Assembly: GCF_009914755.1 (NCBI RefSeq)
Contig: NC_060926.1
Direction: 5' to 3' (one strand)
DNA from: the human T2T-CHM13v2.0 reference genome, Homo sapiens
DNA: 64,000 bases
Positions 31,141-48,605 of the stretch are shown in pieces. How positions within the stretch are numbered: position 1 is the stretch's first letter; each line of letters opens with the position of its first letter. Below the pieces are notes generated by a model. It was not told where the DNA came from and did no database searches. It saw only the letters and a list, made by a program, of their open reading frames with translations. The position numbers and the translations under genes were made by a program.

Positions 31141-32759
31141 TTAACTTATGATTTTCTACAAAGGCCATGCCATCACATATTTTGATTTTATACCAAAAAC
31201 TTTTTAAATGTTTTGAAATTCTTGTAGTAAATTATTTTTAGTCATCTGTTCCAACTTAATGTATTTATGGTGACATGCCATTATTCTTTTCTATATTGAT
31301 TTTTCAGAAGTGTTATATTGTTGGATTTTTTTCTGTTTTCTTATCATTCAATAAAATAGGCCCTCTGAATTAATTCTGTGTAATAAACAGGTGTAATTAT
31401 TGCCCTTGGCAGAACTCTGATCAGTAAACAGTGATCAAATCTGTTTATTAGATTTAGAAGGATGGCAGGCAGATACCTAAAGACTTTATGCCAGTTCCAA
31501 GTTTCTATAACAGTCTTTGATCTAATGCAATTCTGTTTGTCCCAAGTACAGATTTCTCTATTGCTTAGCCCGGAACTAATAAATAAATGAATAATTAATG
31601 TCATCACAATTCTCATCATGCTTCCTTTCTGGCTGTTGGTAGCTATAAAAATTACACTACCCAGATTTTGATACATCCACAGTCCTAGATGGACCTGTGT
31701 ACATCCTTTCCTACAAGTTTTCAGACATAGCTCTCTTTCACTGGGATACACATGTACAAGGAGATAAGGGAGACGATTCGCTAGTAGCCAGGGCCATTTG
31801 GTTCAGGAGTAGGTACCAGGGCTTTGTCTTTTGTTAAAACTTTGTGTTTCTAATCCAGATGGTGAACAGAAAGGAAGGTGGAATGGACCACTTCCTAGTT
31901 TCTAACAGGTCATTTTAATCAGTGCGTAATACAGGTGGACTACCCAATGTGCCCTGCTGAATTTTAGTGATAGGTTTATAACTAGTCTTAGTTTAGGTTT
32001 GTCATGTGAGTTTTCGTCTTTTATGTTGTCTGCATATAAAATCATGTGAAAGGATATGCTGGGGGCTCCCAGACAAAAGCCAGATGACATTTTGAAATGA
32101 AAGCCAATTTTTCATGTATTATCTTATTCCCTGGTCATTTGATCTTTTTCTCAAATAATTAAGTCATTTAAAACATCTCTGTTGTCTTATTTAAATTACT
32201 TATTCAATGCATTTGAAACATTTTATATATACAAATTTGAAACTTTTGTAATAGACAATAGAAATCCTACAATCATCTAACAAGTACTTTATTTAGGTTT
32301 TAATTCATATATTAATTAAACCTCTAGTTAATCTAACAAAGAAGATATATCCCACACCCAAAAGATGTTAAGTTTACTTGTGAGCAAACTTGTTTATTTG
32401 AATTTATTAAAAGATGGCACTGTTTAAAACCTGACTGTACATGCTAAACAATTTTCTGTAGATACAAGAAACTAGAAAATTAATCTGATATAGATAATAT
32501 AAATGCATATATAATCGAACTTAACCAACTGCTTACATTTATTATGATAGAGAATACAATTGTAAAGTAAGAGAATGCTTAAACTTGACAAGTCAAATGA
32601 TTTGGAAATAATAAAACTGAAATTTCAGATTCATGTAACAGATCATGTGTTATGGTCACATTTATTTCCTAAGCAATATTCACTTATTATAAGTATAAAA
32701 AGACCCTATATTGGTTTTCTTTGAGAATTTTGGGTGGCCCTTATTAGAAAACTAATGGC

Positions 32760-33069
<310 letters not shown>

Positions 33070-33952
33070 GAAAACTAATGGCAAAGGCCAGTATATAATT
33101 TCTTTAGACACATTTACCATAGCCTTGATATTATATAAGAAATTTGAGAGCAAAATCTATAATCTCACTTCCTGGATCTTCATTCTTCCTGTCCCAACGG
33201 TAGTTATCATAATTATCTAAACATAATAGGCCTTCAAAAACTGTTGCTGTTTGATTGATGGCATATATAAGGGTATTCAAAGATAATTATATCAAGATTC
33301 TCTGTGTGATTCATATAAACATATACACACGTGCACAGACACACACACATATATGTAATATTTACATTGGTTTTTGCATACCTTTTAAATATAACAAAAT
33401 AAACTATGGTACAAAGCACTCTCATTTAAATCCAGCCTTCATCATCAATGTTTCACTGTGTAAATCTATGTATGGAGTCTCCACCTTACAATAGAATGGA
33501 GACCTTCAGGTATTTGGCAAGATACATTGCCAAGTTTTATTAAAATTCTGCTTATGATAGACTCCAGAGTTACTACTCCTCTACTTTTCTAACTATAAAT
33601 CCTTCAGACTTGGAAATCTTTCAAGTCAAACCTGCTCGAATTATTCATGCTTGTGATTTTGCTTTTAAAACAGAATCTTTTCTACAAATACCTCACAGAG
33701 AAAGAAATAAAAATATGGCTGAGAATAAAAATGCATAAAAAAATCTATGCAGTAGTATTACCTGTTTGTTATACTTTCCTGTTTCAAGAGATATATATTG
33801 TTATGAGATTGTCTTTTAATGAGCTATTAGCAAAAAATAACACAAATATAATCTTGAACCTACTACAAGTTTTGAGTTAGACAGTCTTAACAATCTCAGG
33901 TCAAATTTTAAAACTCTGGGGTTTTTAAAATATTTTGATATTAAATAATCTA

Positions 33953-34165
33953 GCATTTCTTTCCTGAGGAAAATATTGCTCCCCAGGGGAACTTTGGAAA
34001 TGTTTAGAGACATTTTGGTGTGTTGTGACCGGACGGGGGCTGCTACTGTTATCTAGTGGGTAGAGGCCAGGAATGTTGCTAATCGTCCTATAATATGCAG
34101 GATAGTTCCTCTGAACAAATAATTATTCAGTTGAAATGGCTACAGTACTGGGATTGAGATAAAAT
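33953..34165 (+). mobile_element. MER20 (hAT-Charlie) MITE
   Basis: GCTACTG..ATCTAGTGGGTAGAGGCCAGGAATGTTGCTAA..TCCTATAAT.TGCAGGA. Confidence 0.8.
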
Positions 34166-34184
34166 GGATTAAAATATATCCTGC

Positions 34185-34712
34185 TGAAGCAGAAATTTTT
34201 AAAAAGATAAAAGCAAGTTTTCCTGTACTTAGCTGACTCACTACAAGGCCAGCAATAGGCAGGACCTCGACAAAGCCTTGATAACACTATCTGGACAGCG
34301 AGAGCCCAAAGGAACAAGCTCCAGAACTCTCCCAACACCCCCTCAGAGCAAGGTTAAGAAAAACAAATTCCTTTACTATCTCCAATCCCCTTACCATTAC
34401 TCAATTTCCAAATTTTGTAAGTTCCTGTTATTCCTTCGATGTGGCTGCAAGGTCACAAGACATGCCTGAGTGGCAAAACCTGTCACTGTATGATTAACTG
34501 CTTTTGTTCTGCTTCTATAAGCTCGCTTGCCCGCCTTACAGGTTTTGCACCACAAACCTGGCCCACCCCCTGTCAGATGCATGTATAAAAGTCAAGCCCT
34601 GTCTTTGTTCAGGGCCTAGCCTTTGGATGTCAATCTGCTGGGCCAGTGGCCACTTAAATAAAATTCTCCTGTTCCACCCGCTGGCCTCTCTGGTCCTCTG
34701 ATTCTCACAACA
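34185..34712 (+). mobile_element. ERV1-class solo LTR, family unassigned (possibly MER83/84 or LTR15-like)
   Basis: TG...CA termini, 4-bp TSD CTGC, TATA box (GTATAAAA near 34582), AATAAA near 34657. Confidence 0.8.
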
Positions 34713-34762
34713 CTGCTATTTTTACTAGCTCAACTGCCTCAGTGACTTAAGTTTTCATCAAC

Positions 34763-35283
<521 letters not shown>

Positions 35284-35508
35284 TTCCACCCTTGGCCCAC
35301 CAAAATTCGTGTCTTCCTCACATGCAAAATACATTATATAAGCAATTCATCCCATCTCAATATTCTCAGAATGTCTTAACTCATTCCAACATCAGCTCTA
35401 ATGTCTAAAGTCTGGAGTCTCAGAATCAGATATAGGTGAGTATCAACACAGGATACATCCTTAGGCAAATTGTCCTCCAGCTCTGAGCCTATGTAATCAA
35501 ACAAGTTA

Positions 35509-36108
<600 letters not shown>

Positions 36109-36784
36109 TTACCCACACTGGATCTTAAGGCTTAAGAATAATGTCTTTTGGCTCCAGCTTCTGCTTTCTGGACACAGAGGTGGGGATTTGTCCCCAAAAC
36201 TCTGGCAGCCCCAATACCATAGGTTTGATGGGCACAGCCCAGGCTTCAGCTCTTACACATTAAAATTGCTTGTTGGCAGGTCTCCAAGGCTGACACTGCA
36301 CACTGATGTGTCCACAGTTCTGGAGTCTCAAGGGTGGCCCTAGACATTGCGTTAGTGGAGACTCTCGGTGATACCCTGGACCCCACAGTTTCACTGAGCA
36401 TTGTCCTAGTGAGTGCTCTCTGCAGAAGCTCCATCCTTAGGGCAGGTCTCTAGTCTTGGCCCGAGGTTCTCTGTAGCACCCTTTGAAATCTGGGTGGAGG
36501 CAGCCATCCTCCACAGCTCTTTATACTGTAAGCCTGCAGAGTTAGCACCACGTGGACACTGCCAGGGCTCCCCATTTGCAATCTTCATATCGGATTGCAG
36601 CCTAAGCTACACCTGGGCTCATTCAGCCACAACTGAGGCAAGTGAAGAGCACTGTGCCTGAAAAGGGCAAGCAGAATCCCCAAGGGACGTCGGCTAGCAA
36701 GCCACACGTTCCCAGGGGCAGCCTGTCCTCATCCATTTAAACGATTCTGCCCTCAAAAGACCATCCTAGCACTCGAGAAACAAG

Positions 36785-37020
36785 GATTTTATTGTAATAT
36801 AGTAGAGTCTAAAAAACAAGTGAGTACTCATCTAAAGGAAAGTGGATTAATAAATTATGGCATATGAAATATTATATAGCCATTGGAATAAGAAAATATT
36901 AGAAAATATTAGAGCTATATCAGAAGACCTGGATATAAAGAATGTTCATAAGTATCATGGAGTGAGAAGAATAGAATAAATTAAAGATTATATACTGTAA
37001 CTCCCATTACATAAAATAAT
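36785..37020 (+). mobile_element. L1ME-like 3' fragment
   Basis: GGATTAATAAATTATGGCATAT.GAAATATTATATAGCCATT. Confidence 0.5.
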
Positions 37021-38694
37021 CAATGACACAGAAGCTCAACATGTATCCGTATGCATGTGAACATGACTGACACATGTGTGTATATGTGTATTCATGCATA
37101 TTTTAAGGTTGTGTTTCACAAGAAGTCCTTTCAGAGCTACTTTTTCTCCCATTTGTTTTCTAAGTCTGGTCCTCTGGGCAACCAACCACTCCTCTGTGTA
37201 CCCCTGATACGCTGTGTGCGGTTTCTTTATTTATTTATGATTTTTAAAATTAACCAGTGTGGTCTGTACTGCTTATTAGGAGGTCTACTGCATTAGTCAA
37301 GGAAAAGTCATCTCTCCTTCCTGGGAGGTAGAGGAAAATGCTTTGCTGGGAAAATTATTGGAACATAATGTGATTTTAAAACTCAAACATATTGTAACTT
37401 AGAGTGCTACCTATTGTGTTGTGATACTCTGTAACCACAATTAGAAAAATCTGAAGCAAGAAGCATGCCCTTTGTCCTCCAGAAATAATTTGTCTGTATA
37501 ATTTGAACACAGTGAAGAAATTTTTTAAATGTAGGAAACTTCTTTAAAGAGTGAAGTCCTTTAAAGTGCTCACACTCTGGTTCAGTAGCAAGAACTTATT
37601 TTTAAATGTTTGGCTATCTTTAAAGGGAGTTTTTATCTTGCTCAATATTGTCACTAAATACATCTTTTCATTACTGATTATAATTTATCTTCAGTTATTT
37701 TCCAAGTTGTCCCAATAATGGGTAATAGGAGTGGCCTTATTTCCTTAGACCCTCATTCAAGGATATAAATTATTTTTAACTAACTCAACTGTAACAGTAC
37801 ACTCATGTACTAGAGAGGCCTTGGGTTGAGTAATCTTCCTGTCTGGGTGGCTACATTTTATGTTTCCATCAAGTCCCAGATGATGCCTTTGTAACACCAC
37901 ACATAAGGAAACTAAAATACAAGGGGGAATGCTCTGACTCATGCAATATAAATTAAAAAAACGTTAAAGATCACAATATTCATTCATTTTTAATCCCTCC
38001 CCTTCCATATACAGGTGGTATATTCATTATCTCAGCTCACTTTGTCAGAAATAAATCACTTTTTGTTGTTTTTAATAATTAAAAATAAATTTAGTATTAG
38101 TTTTCTTTCCCCTTCATTTAACAGTTACCATGAGTAATTGCTGTAGAATTTCATGAAATGTGTCAGGCAGACTGCTGCAATTCATAATTGAAGTGGTTTT
38201 TGCTGTTTCCTAACAAGATTGTATTTTTCTTTTAACCAGAAATGATTATTTCCTAAGGAGTTGATTTTAGCAAAATATTAAACATGACTTTTTGTGGACA
38301 AATGATAGAGTCAAACTTGATTGAGCACAACACAACTTTGCAATGTGTTTTGAATTAACAGGAATCCAACAACCAATAACAGAATTACCTCAAGTTCAAA
38401 ATTAAATAGATAAAACCTATGGATTTATTTCTCTTATTATTAAATATTTAATGGAGAGTTAAAGTCAACAGAAGTATCAGATTTCTCATTACAAGTAACA
38501 TCAGAAGTGACGTGTTATCTTTGGATCAGACATTTTAATTTATAAGTGAGGATTCTTAAATTTTATCTGTGTAACAACTCTCTGTTCTTCATGATTAAAT
38601 ATTTTAAATGGAGAAAATTAATTTTGTGGGTGACTAATTCCACAGATGGAAAATAGTGCCTACCACCTGCTTGAGAGAAACTCCAACTGATGCA

Positions 38695-38875
38695 GTTGTC
38701 TAAACACCTGGAATTGAGTCCTTATTTTTTTCTTTACTTGTCTCATGACCTTGGAAAAAAAGGTGTATTCCCTAGACCTCAGACTTCATAAGCACAATAA
38801 AAAAATAGTAAAATATTATCCAACTATAGTCCTTGATTTGAAGCTCAACATATAAATCAAACTAATGTACAAACA
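38695..38875 (+). mobile_element. MIR fragment
   Basis: ACCTGGAATTGAGTCC...TACTTG..TCATGACCTTGGA...CCTCAG. Confidence 0.45.
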
Positions 38876-38884
38876 AATACGTTA

Positions 38885-39227
<343 letters not shown>

Positions 39228-39664
39228 TCACAAGGAGTAACATCATACTAAAATCCTGTTAATAACCTCTCAGAATTACACAGGCTAAAGCAGTTTTGTT
39301 TGTCTGCAAATATATTTTATACACATGGTAATAGAAAATAAAATTGAGAAAGCTTTTGTCAAATGCTGTCTTCTCACAAATACCACCAACAAAACATGTT
39401 TCTAAATCAAAGCTCAGTTTACTGCATGTTTCGGTAAAGGATAGTATTACCTTGTCAAAGCTTTAATATCATTGGGGGAATATTTGTGAGGTTTTGGAGT
39501 CTGTTTTAAGATAGGTCTTTTCAATGTAAGAATTTGACTGGATTGAGTAAAGAACATACTATTTCAGAATTAGAGAATACGACAATTGAAAATTTCAAAT
39601 GTCTGGAGAGTAAACAATTGTTTGATGTTATCTGCTTACAATTTGAACAATCTTTGTATATTAA

Positions 39665-39971
<307 letters not shown>

Positions 39972-40519
39972 AGATTTACATTGTTCAAAATAACGTCACT
40001 TTTATTAAATGCAAATAATACAATAGAGGTTTTAGTTAAACGTCACAAAAACCTAATAATAAATTACATCTAAATGAATAAATATAATTTTTATAGACAA
40101 ATGAAGAAGAATAATTAAGGGTGCAGTGGTTTTTTTCCTGTAAACATCAATGAGTCTTATTATTACTACATTCTCCTTCCCAGTAATCTAATATACATGA
40201 AGAAGTTGCAGTTATAATTTTAGAAATATAGATTTTTAGAGAAAGCACAGAATACACAAATATTTCACTTCATGTTGTTACTAATATATTTTAACATGTT
40301 TATTTTGTAGACTGCATAATATTCACATCAAATCTATCAATTCCCATTAATACCTATTTAAATTAAAACTAAACATTTTATAACAGATAAAGGGAGGTCT
40401 AATTAATTTGAATAATTTTCACTGAAAAAACTCATCTTAAATTTTAATAATAATAATTTGTACATGTATCTATACAGAGTAATTTCACCCCAATCACATT
40501 TCTGAGTGTCTATTACTTT

Positions 40520-40972
40520 TGTTACTGAAACACCAGAGGTTCAGTCTAGGTCCCACTGCTCACCACACAGAAAGCCAATCACTGAGACTATGATTATTGC
40601 CAAGGAAGAAGGTTTTAATCAGGTGCTGCAGCCTAGGAAATGGGAGATCAGTCTCAAATCCATCTCCCTAAACAACTAAAATTAGGAGTTTTTATACCAG
40701 GGAAGTAATGTAACTATGTGTGAGAAAACAGGAACTCCGGAGGGGTAAGGAAGCATTCATGATGAATATGAGGCTTGGCCTGGCCTCTCATTGTCTAGAT
40801 GGGATGATCTAGTGAGTTGCAGTTCTTTAATCCTTTTTGAGAGGCCTGGGGATCCTTTCCTGAGGAAGGAACTCAGATTAAACAAATCTAAGTTTCAAGC
40901 TTTAAGACCAGAAGAGTCAGTTTCTGTGTTTTTCCAAAAAAAACTGTCCACAGGACTTTTGGGTCGGTTTCA
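40520..40972 (-). mobile_element. MER66B-like ERV1 solo LTR
   Basis: TGTTACTGAAACACCAG...GAAAGCCAATCACTGAGAC...GGGTCGGTTTCA. Confidence 0.85.
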
Positions 40973-41129
40973 GTTTTATTTTAGCTTCCAATTGTTTTGG
41001 AGCCATATATCTAGTTTTCAAATGTTGACATATTGAGTTGACATTAAATCAGATGAAACAAAACTTTGTATGTCAATGATTATTTCAAATTTTCATACTG
41101 TAATTACAATATACCAGGACAACTCAATC

Positions 41130-41577
41130 TGTTTCTGAAACACCAGGGGTTCAGTCTAAGTCCAATTGCTGACTGCCCAGAAAGCCAATCACTAAGACAA
41201 TAGTAATGCAAAGGTAGAAGGCTTTATTCAGGTGCTACAACCTCGGAGATGAGAGATCTGTCTCAAATCAATCTCCTCAACTGACTAAAATTAACAGTTT
41301 ATATACCAGGAACGAAAAGTAACCATGTCTGGGAAAACAATTAGGGAGGGCTAAGGAAGAGTAGTTAGTCAACAGGAAGCAGGTGGTCAGTTAGGTCATC
41401 ATGATGGGTGAGGACTGTGGCCTCTCATTGTCCAGATGCAGACATCTGGTAAGTGTCAGTTACTTGATAATATCTGGGAGGCCTGATGGTTGGTTTTCTG
41501 AGAAAAGAACTCAGATAAGACAAATGAAACTTTCCCTAGTTTTAAGATTGAGATGGTGAATTTTCATTTTTATTCAA
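41130..41577 (-). mobile_element. MER66C-like LTR, 5' end truncated
   Basis: Homologous to 40520-40972 but with an extra segment ...AACAGGAAGCAGGTGGTCAGTTAGG. Confidence 0.8.
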
Positions 41578-41851
41578 TTAATGCAATTAATTTTTTAAAA
41601 ATTAAAACTGTCTTACTCTACAGTAATTGAACAATATACATGTTTAAATGTTATTTTTTAACTTCAAAGAAATTAAGCATTTGGCAGCACTAGTCCCAAG
41701 AAAAGTGGTAAAATAAATGGATATTGAAAACAAAATTAAATAAGAAAACTCAGTGTAAATGCAAACCACTAAAATAATAATTTAAAAAAAGACACATTTT
41801 CCAGGGTGAACAGTGGATGAAAATTACCTATGACTATAAAAAGAGATAGTT

Positions 41852-42186
<335 letters not shown>

Positions 42187-43381
42187 TTAGTGAGTGAAAT
42201 TAAAAACTTAGATAATGCTAATTATCTAAGAGAGATAATACTAATTAATGAGAAGCCAAGTTTATGAAGTTAATATTTAATGTAAAATTGATTCTATATA
42301 AATCAAATTGATTCAATATAATTCTAATAATGACTCTAATAGAGATTTTCATGGAATGTGACGATGATTTTAAATATATATGTAAAATAAAAGATCAAAT
42401 TATTCAGGAAAATTCTGAAGAAGAAAAGTAAGATTTGCCCTACTGTATATTTTATATGGAATTATATTTAGCAGGACAATGTGGTGTTAGTGCATCTATC
42501 AACAAATTGATGAATGCAGTAGGATAAGTGCTTGAAACCAGGCCCACACATGATGGAATTTTGGTAAATGGACAAAGAAGCCATGTAAAAATCAGTGGAG
42601 CAATAAGGCCTTTTTCAATAAAAGGAAATTACAAGAATTTTGCTACTTATATTTAAATAATATTAAATTGGATCCCTCCCTCAGATAAATTAACAAATTT
42701 ATTGTCAAAATTAAACTGGAAACCCTCCGTTAGAAAATTTAGGTTAGTATCTTTTACAAACTGTAATATGTAAAAATTCCTTAAACATAACACAAAGGTA
42801 CTGACTGTAAAGGAAAGACAGAAATCAGCCATTCTAATTTATCTAAAGATACAGTAAGATAAATGGAAAATAATAATAATAAATATCAAAAATATTATTT
42901 CTGATGCTCATAAATGATAAAAGATTGGTTATCAAGAAGCTATTAATAAGTCTTGCAAATTAATCTAAAAAGCTCATATAACTAGTAGAAAAAATGGTTA
43001 AGAGACATAAATAAACAACAGAAGAGGAAACAAATATGCCTGTATACGTAAGTCAAGATGTTAAACACCATCAGTAACTTGGGAAATGCAAATCCAGGCA
43101 ACGAAGAGATGCCCTTTGACACCCATTATGTGGGGAAAAGTAAAATGATGTAGACCTATTGTTATATTTTATATTTTTCGGTGAAAATGTAAATTTGTGT
43201 AACTGCTTTGGAAAGTACATGGTACTGACTCCTAAACTAGACTTTTCACATACTTCACAACTCAGCAGTTTTCCTCCTTTCTGTGTTCCCCTAAATAATC
43301 TCTTATACATGTGCAACAGGAGACAGGTGCAAGAATGTTCAAGTTATTACCTTTCTGTATAGTAAAACCCATGAATCAAGT

Positions 43382-44236
<855 letters not shown>

Positions 44237-44318
44237 TGGACCTAAATGCCTAGCAAAGGGAGAGTAAATGAATTACAGTATAGTCACACAATGGAATATC
44301 ATACAATATAAAAGATGA

Positions 44319-44642
<324 letters not shown>

Positions 44643-44793
44643 CTAAATCTTAGCAACACAATATCAAGTGAAATAAGTAAGTTCCTTCAAATCACAAAGA
44701 ATGTACTACACATTAAAGTTTTTAGGAACAATTTTTATTTAAATAGATTATACTTTTGAAGAAATACATATATATAAATGCATACATATATAC

Positions 44794-44794
<1 letters not shown>

Positions 44795-44842
<48 letters not shown>

Positions 44843-45120
44843 AGACAGAGTCTCGCTCTACCGCCCAGGCTGGAGTGCAGCGGACTATCTGGGTTCACTG
44901 CAAGCTCCGCCTCCCAGGTTCACGCCATTCTCCTGCCTCAGCCTCCAGAGTAGTGGGACTACACGCGCCCGCCACCACGTCCAGCTAATTTTTTGTATTT
45001 TTAGTAGAGACAGGGTTTCACCATGTTAGCCAGGAGGGTCTCAATCTCCTGACCTCGTGATCCTGCCGCCTCGGTCTCCCAAAGTGCTGGGATTACAGGT
45101 GTGAGCCACCGTGCCAGGCC
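44795..45120 (-). mobile_element. AluY SINE with T47 tail
   Basis: Pure T run 44795-44841 followed by antisense AluY. Confidence 0.96.
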
Positions 45121-47879
45121 AAATATGTGTATTTTTAAAATATATATTACTCAAACATATAAACATATAATGCTTTTAAATACATTAATAATATATAAAA
45201 TATAAACATAAGTATTTTATACAGTTATAAATATTTTACTTAATGTACAAATAAATTTTAATATATTTCACACATACACACATGACAGCAAGACGGGTTA
45301 GTAAAGAGGACCATGTAGTTAGATTTAGATGATTATGGAGGTTTCAACTTTTTGTTGGATAATGATTTTGAAGATACTAGTACCTTGTTAAAAATTTAAA
45401 CATGGGCCAGTAAAAGGAGTGCATAATAGCCAAAGAATTACATGTGCTGAGTCTGCTTTCTATGGTCCAATTGAACGAACAACATCAATCACTATAAAAA
45501 GTGGTGGTCTAATTTCATTAAACGAACAAAAATATTAACAAGTATAATAAAGCAGTGGTCAGATATGGGCTAATGTAAAATGTAGGGGAAAAGGATGAAA
45601 AATATGAGAAGAAAAGTAAATTTTCATTTTTGGTCATCATCTTTGAGAGAAATAGTAAACTTCTGGTTTCTCCCTGTATAAAAAGATATCATAATAGGTA
45701 GGCAGGTTCAATGCATGCTGATTATCAGCAGCTCTGACAAGTGGAAAAACCATTTTCAGTCCTCCTGGCTGGTGTGCCCATGACTGCTGACTTTCCCCAG
45801 CCTTGGCCAGGAAAACTCCTAGAAATTACTCTGCATTTGAACACCATTAGCAACTGTAGCTGCTGTGCGGTACCCGTACTCTTGTATGTTGTTATTATAG
45901 CCTGTAAATCTGCTGGTTTCCATCTGGGCTTTAACTTCTCTGCAAGGTATTACGTATAGCCTTTCATCAGGAAAAAAAAAAAAAAAAAGCCATGAAAAAG
46001 TCACCAGCCTATTTCCTTCTTTCAGCTATGTTTTGGAAGAGGCTAGAGAAGGTATGTTGACTAATTATTGACTCACTCGACATATTTTTGGGTCATTTTG
46101 AATTAGTAAGAACCCAGAACCCATCTAACACAAATATTTAGCTGCTGTTACCATCAACGGCAAAAAAACTAGGGGAAAAAAGTATGATCATAAACAATGT
46201 AATAACTTAGTATAGATACCCTAATTAGATGTGTTCAGAATTCATAGAAGCTACAAAGAAAGGTATGTTTAATTCTACCTGCAGGGCTAATGAGGATGTT
46301 CATAAAAGATACCAATGGGCTCATGCTGCACTTACCAAGAAATATACAAGTAATTGAGCAATTAAATATACATAGTAATTAAACATATGACTGATTACAA
46401 ACAAACAGGGAACTTGCTTACTTATCTCACTCTCGCCCAGCCTAGAGCTCCACAAGGTAGACTTTACTGTTTACCATGTGCTTGACTCACATCAAAAATC
46501 AAAGGTCACAATGATTTTTTGTTTTATAAGATTTTATAGTAAAAACAATGGAAAATGATCCCTTGAACTTTTTTACCTGTCAATCTCAACTGAGAATAAC
46601 CCCTTGAACTTTCTAACTTTAATTTGCAAAATAATTTTGACTATTAAGTTCTCCATAAACACCTAGCAGTATTTAGATAATATGGATATGTTTGAGAGAA
46701 AAAAACAGAATTATCTGTGGAAAGTACTCAAAGAGGTATTGGCTAATATTCAAATGAATATACCTTTATAAGATAAATTCTAGTTAAACTTTGTCTTGAA
46801 ATAATATAAACAAGAAGTCACTGCATAACTCTAGGTAAAGTGAGACTATAACAGACTAAGGCCAGATCAGGTCTACCCGTTGATTTAATGGTATCATTTT
46901 ACTAGTGACATTCTTCAACTCGAGAAGATGGAAGTGGATGAGACTTTCTTGAATCACTTGTTGATTTCAGCGGACCCAAGATTTTTCAATTCTATAATTC
47001 TGGGAAATTACAAGACAAAATCTAGAGGAATATGTTATAAGCCAGAAATAACATCTGATGCAGAAAGCAAAGAGAACAGAAATAATGGCTCAATTTTAGG
47101 AAATAGAACCACAACTACAGTAGAAGGAAAAGGAGCTAACTTAAGAAGCATGTTAAAGTATTAGAACATCCAGTAATTTGCCTGAAAGTGATAGCCGAAT
47201 ATCACAGGAAAAGAGAACATTAATAGACTATTGTATAAACTACAGTAAAATGAAATAAGGCAGAAATGCATATTTAAAATACAGAACACTTTATATCTCA
47301 GGAAAATAAGTGTTCCCAAGAGTACAATGCTTCAAGTTGGGACTCTCACAAACCACTAAGAATATATACTTACAAAACATCACTAGGAGCTTTGGTTCAC
47401 ACACCTGTTGAAAATCCTGCTCTAACTGAAACAATTATAGGGATGCGTGGGCTACTTTTCCAACAGGCAAATCTCATAGGTATAAGAAATTCCATTGCAA
47501 AAGCAGTGGCAATATCTACTGTAGCACAGGGAAGTGCATGCTCAAAGGAAAGAGTAGGAGTTGTGTTGTTAGGTAAAACTCATATACAATGCAACATCAG
47601 AGTACCAAAAATGATGGGCTAAAGAAGAAATGGAAGTTTGAAATATTCTGATTGAGGAAGACACCAAAGTAATTCCTGGTGAATGAAGTTACTATCACTG
47701 AAAATTTCTAAATTTTCCAGAAAGAAATATTCAAATGTTTCTCCCTGAGACAAGAGACAATATCCACCATTCTATCAAAAATACATTAAATCATACTGTG
47801 ATAATGATTTTAGCATAAAAGATATATCCTAATGAATTTAAGCTCATAGGTCCTTTAGACATTAAACTGATTTGCTCTG

Positions 47880-48605
47880 GAGGCATCCAGTGTATCTTTT
47901 CCCTGGCAGACATGTAGCCTGCATTTTCCAGTCTTCCTTACAGTTAGATTGGCCATACTACTATGTTCTTACCAATGGAATGTGGGCAAAAATGATGTAT
48001 GCCACATGCAGGCCTGATACATAAAAACTTCTCTCATGATCCTCAGCTCTCTTCTGTCATGATCCTCAGCACCCTTTGACCAGTTGGATATGAATGCTCT
48101 AGGTGACTTTGGGAGCCTTGCCATGAAGTCTACAATCAGTATATAATGGCATAGAGTGCAGCCTTGTATTTCCCATTCCACACCACCTCCCTTGAACAGA
48201 AAATGAGCTTCTATTGTGTGAAGCCATTAAAATATTGATGTTTGGCTAGGCATGGTGGCTCACATCTGTTAACACCCAGCACTCTGGGAGGCCGAGGTTG
48301 GGCAGATCACTTGAGCCTAGGAGTAAGCCTGGCAACATGGGAAAACCCTGTCTCTACTAAGAAAATATACAAAAATTAGCCAGGCATGGTGGTGTGCACC
48401 TGAGTCCTAACTACTCACTGAGTCCTAACTACTCGGGAGGCTGAGGTGGGAGGTTTGCTTGAGCCTGGGAGGTGGAGGTTGCAACAAGTCGCAATCATGC
48501 CACTACACTCCGGCCTAGATAACAGACTTAGACTCTGCCTCCAAAAAAACAAAACAAAAAAAGTTGGTGTTTATCTGCTACAGCACCTTATTTACATTAC
48601 GAATA
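47880..48605 (+). mobile_element. MLT1J-like LTR split by AluJ
   Basis: CATTTTCCAGTCTTCCTTACAGTTAG...CCAATGGAATGTGGGCA...CTTCTATTGTGTGAAGCCA. Confidence 0.65.
48244..48562 (+). mobile_element. AluJ SINE
   Basis: CACTTGAGCCTAGGAG, GGTGGGAGG..TGCTTGAGCCTGGG; internal CTGAGTCCTAACTACTC duplication. Confidence 0.9.

Noticed and set aside
47392-47622. 76-aa ORF with protein-like composition
   Set aside because: TTG start, no recognised homology and no convincing splice sites
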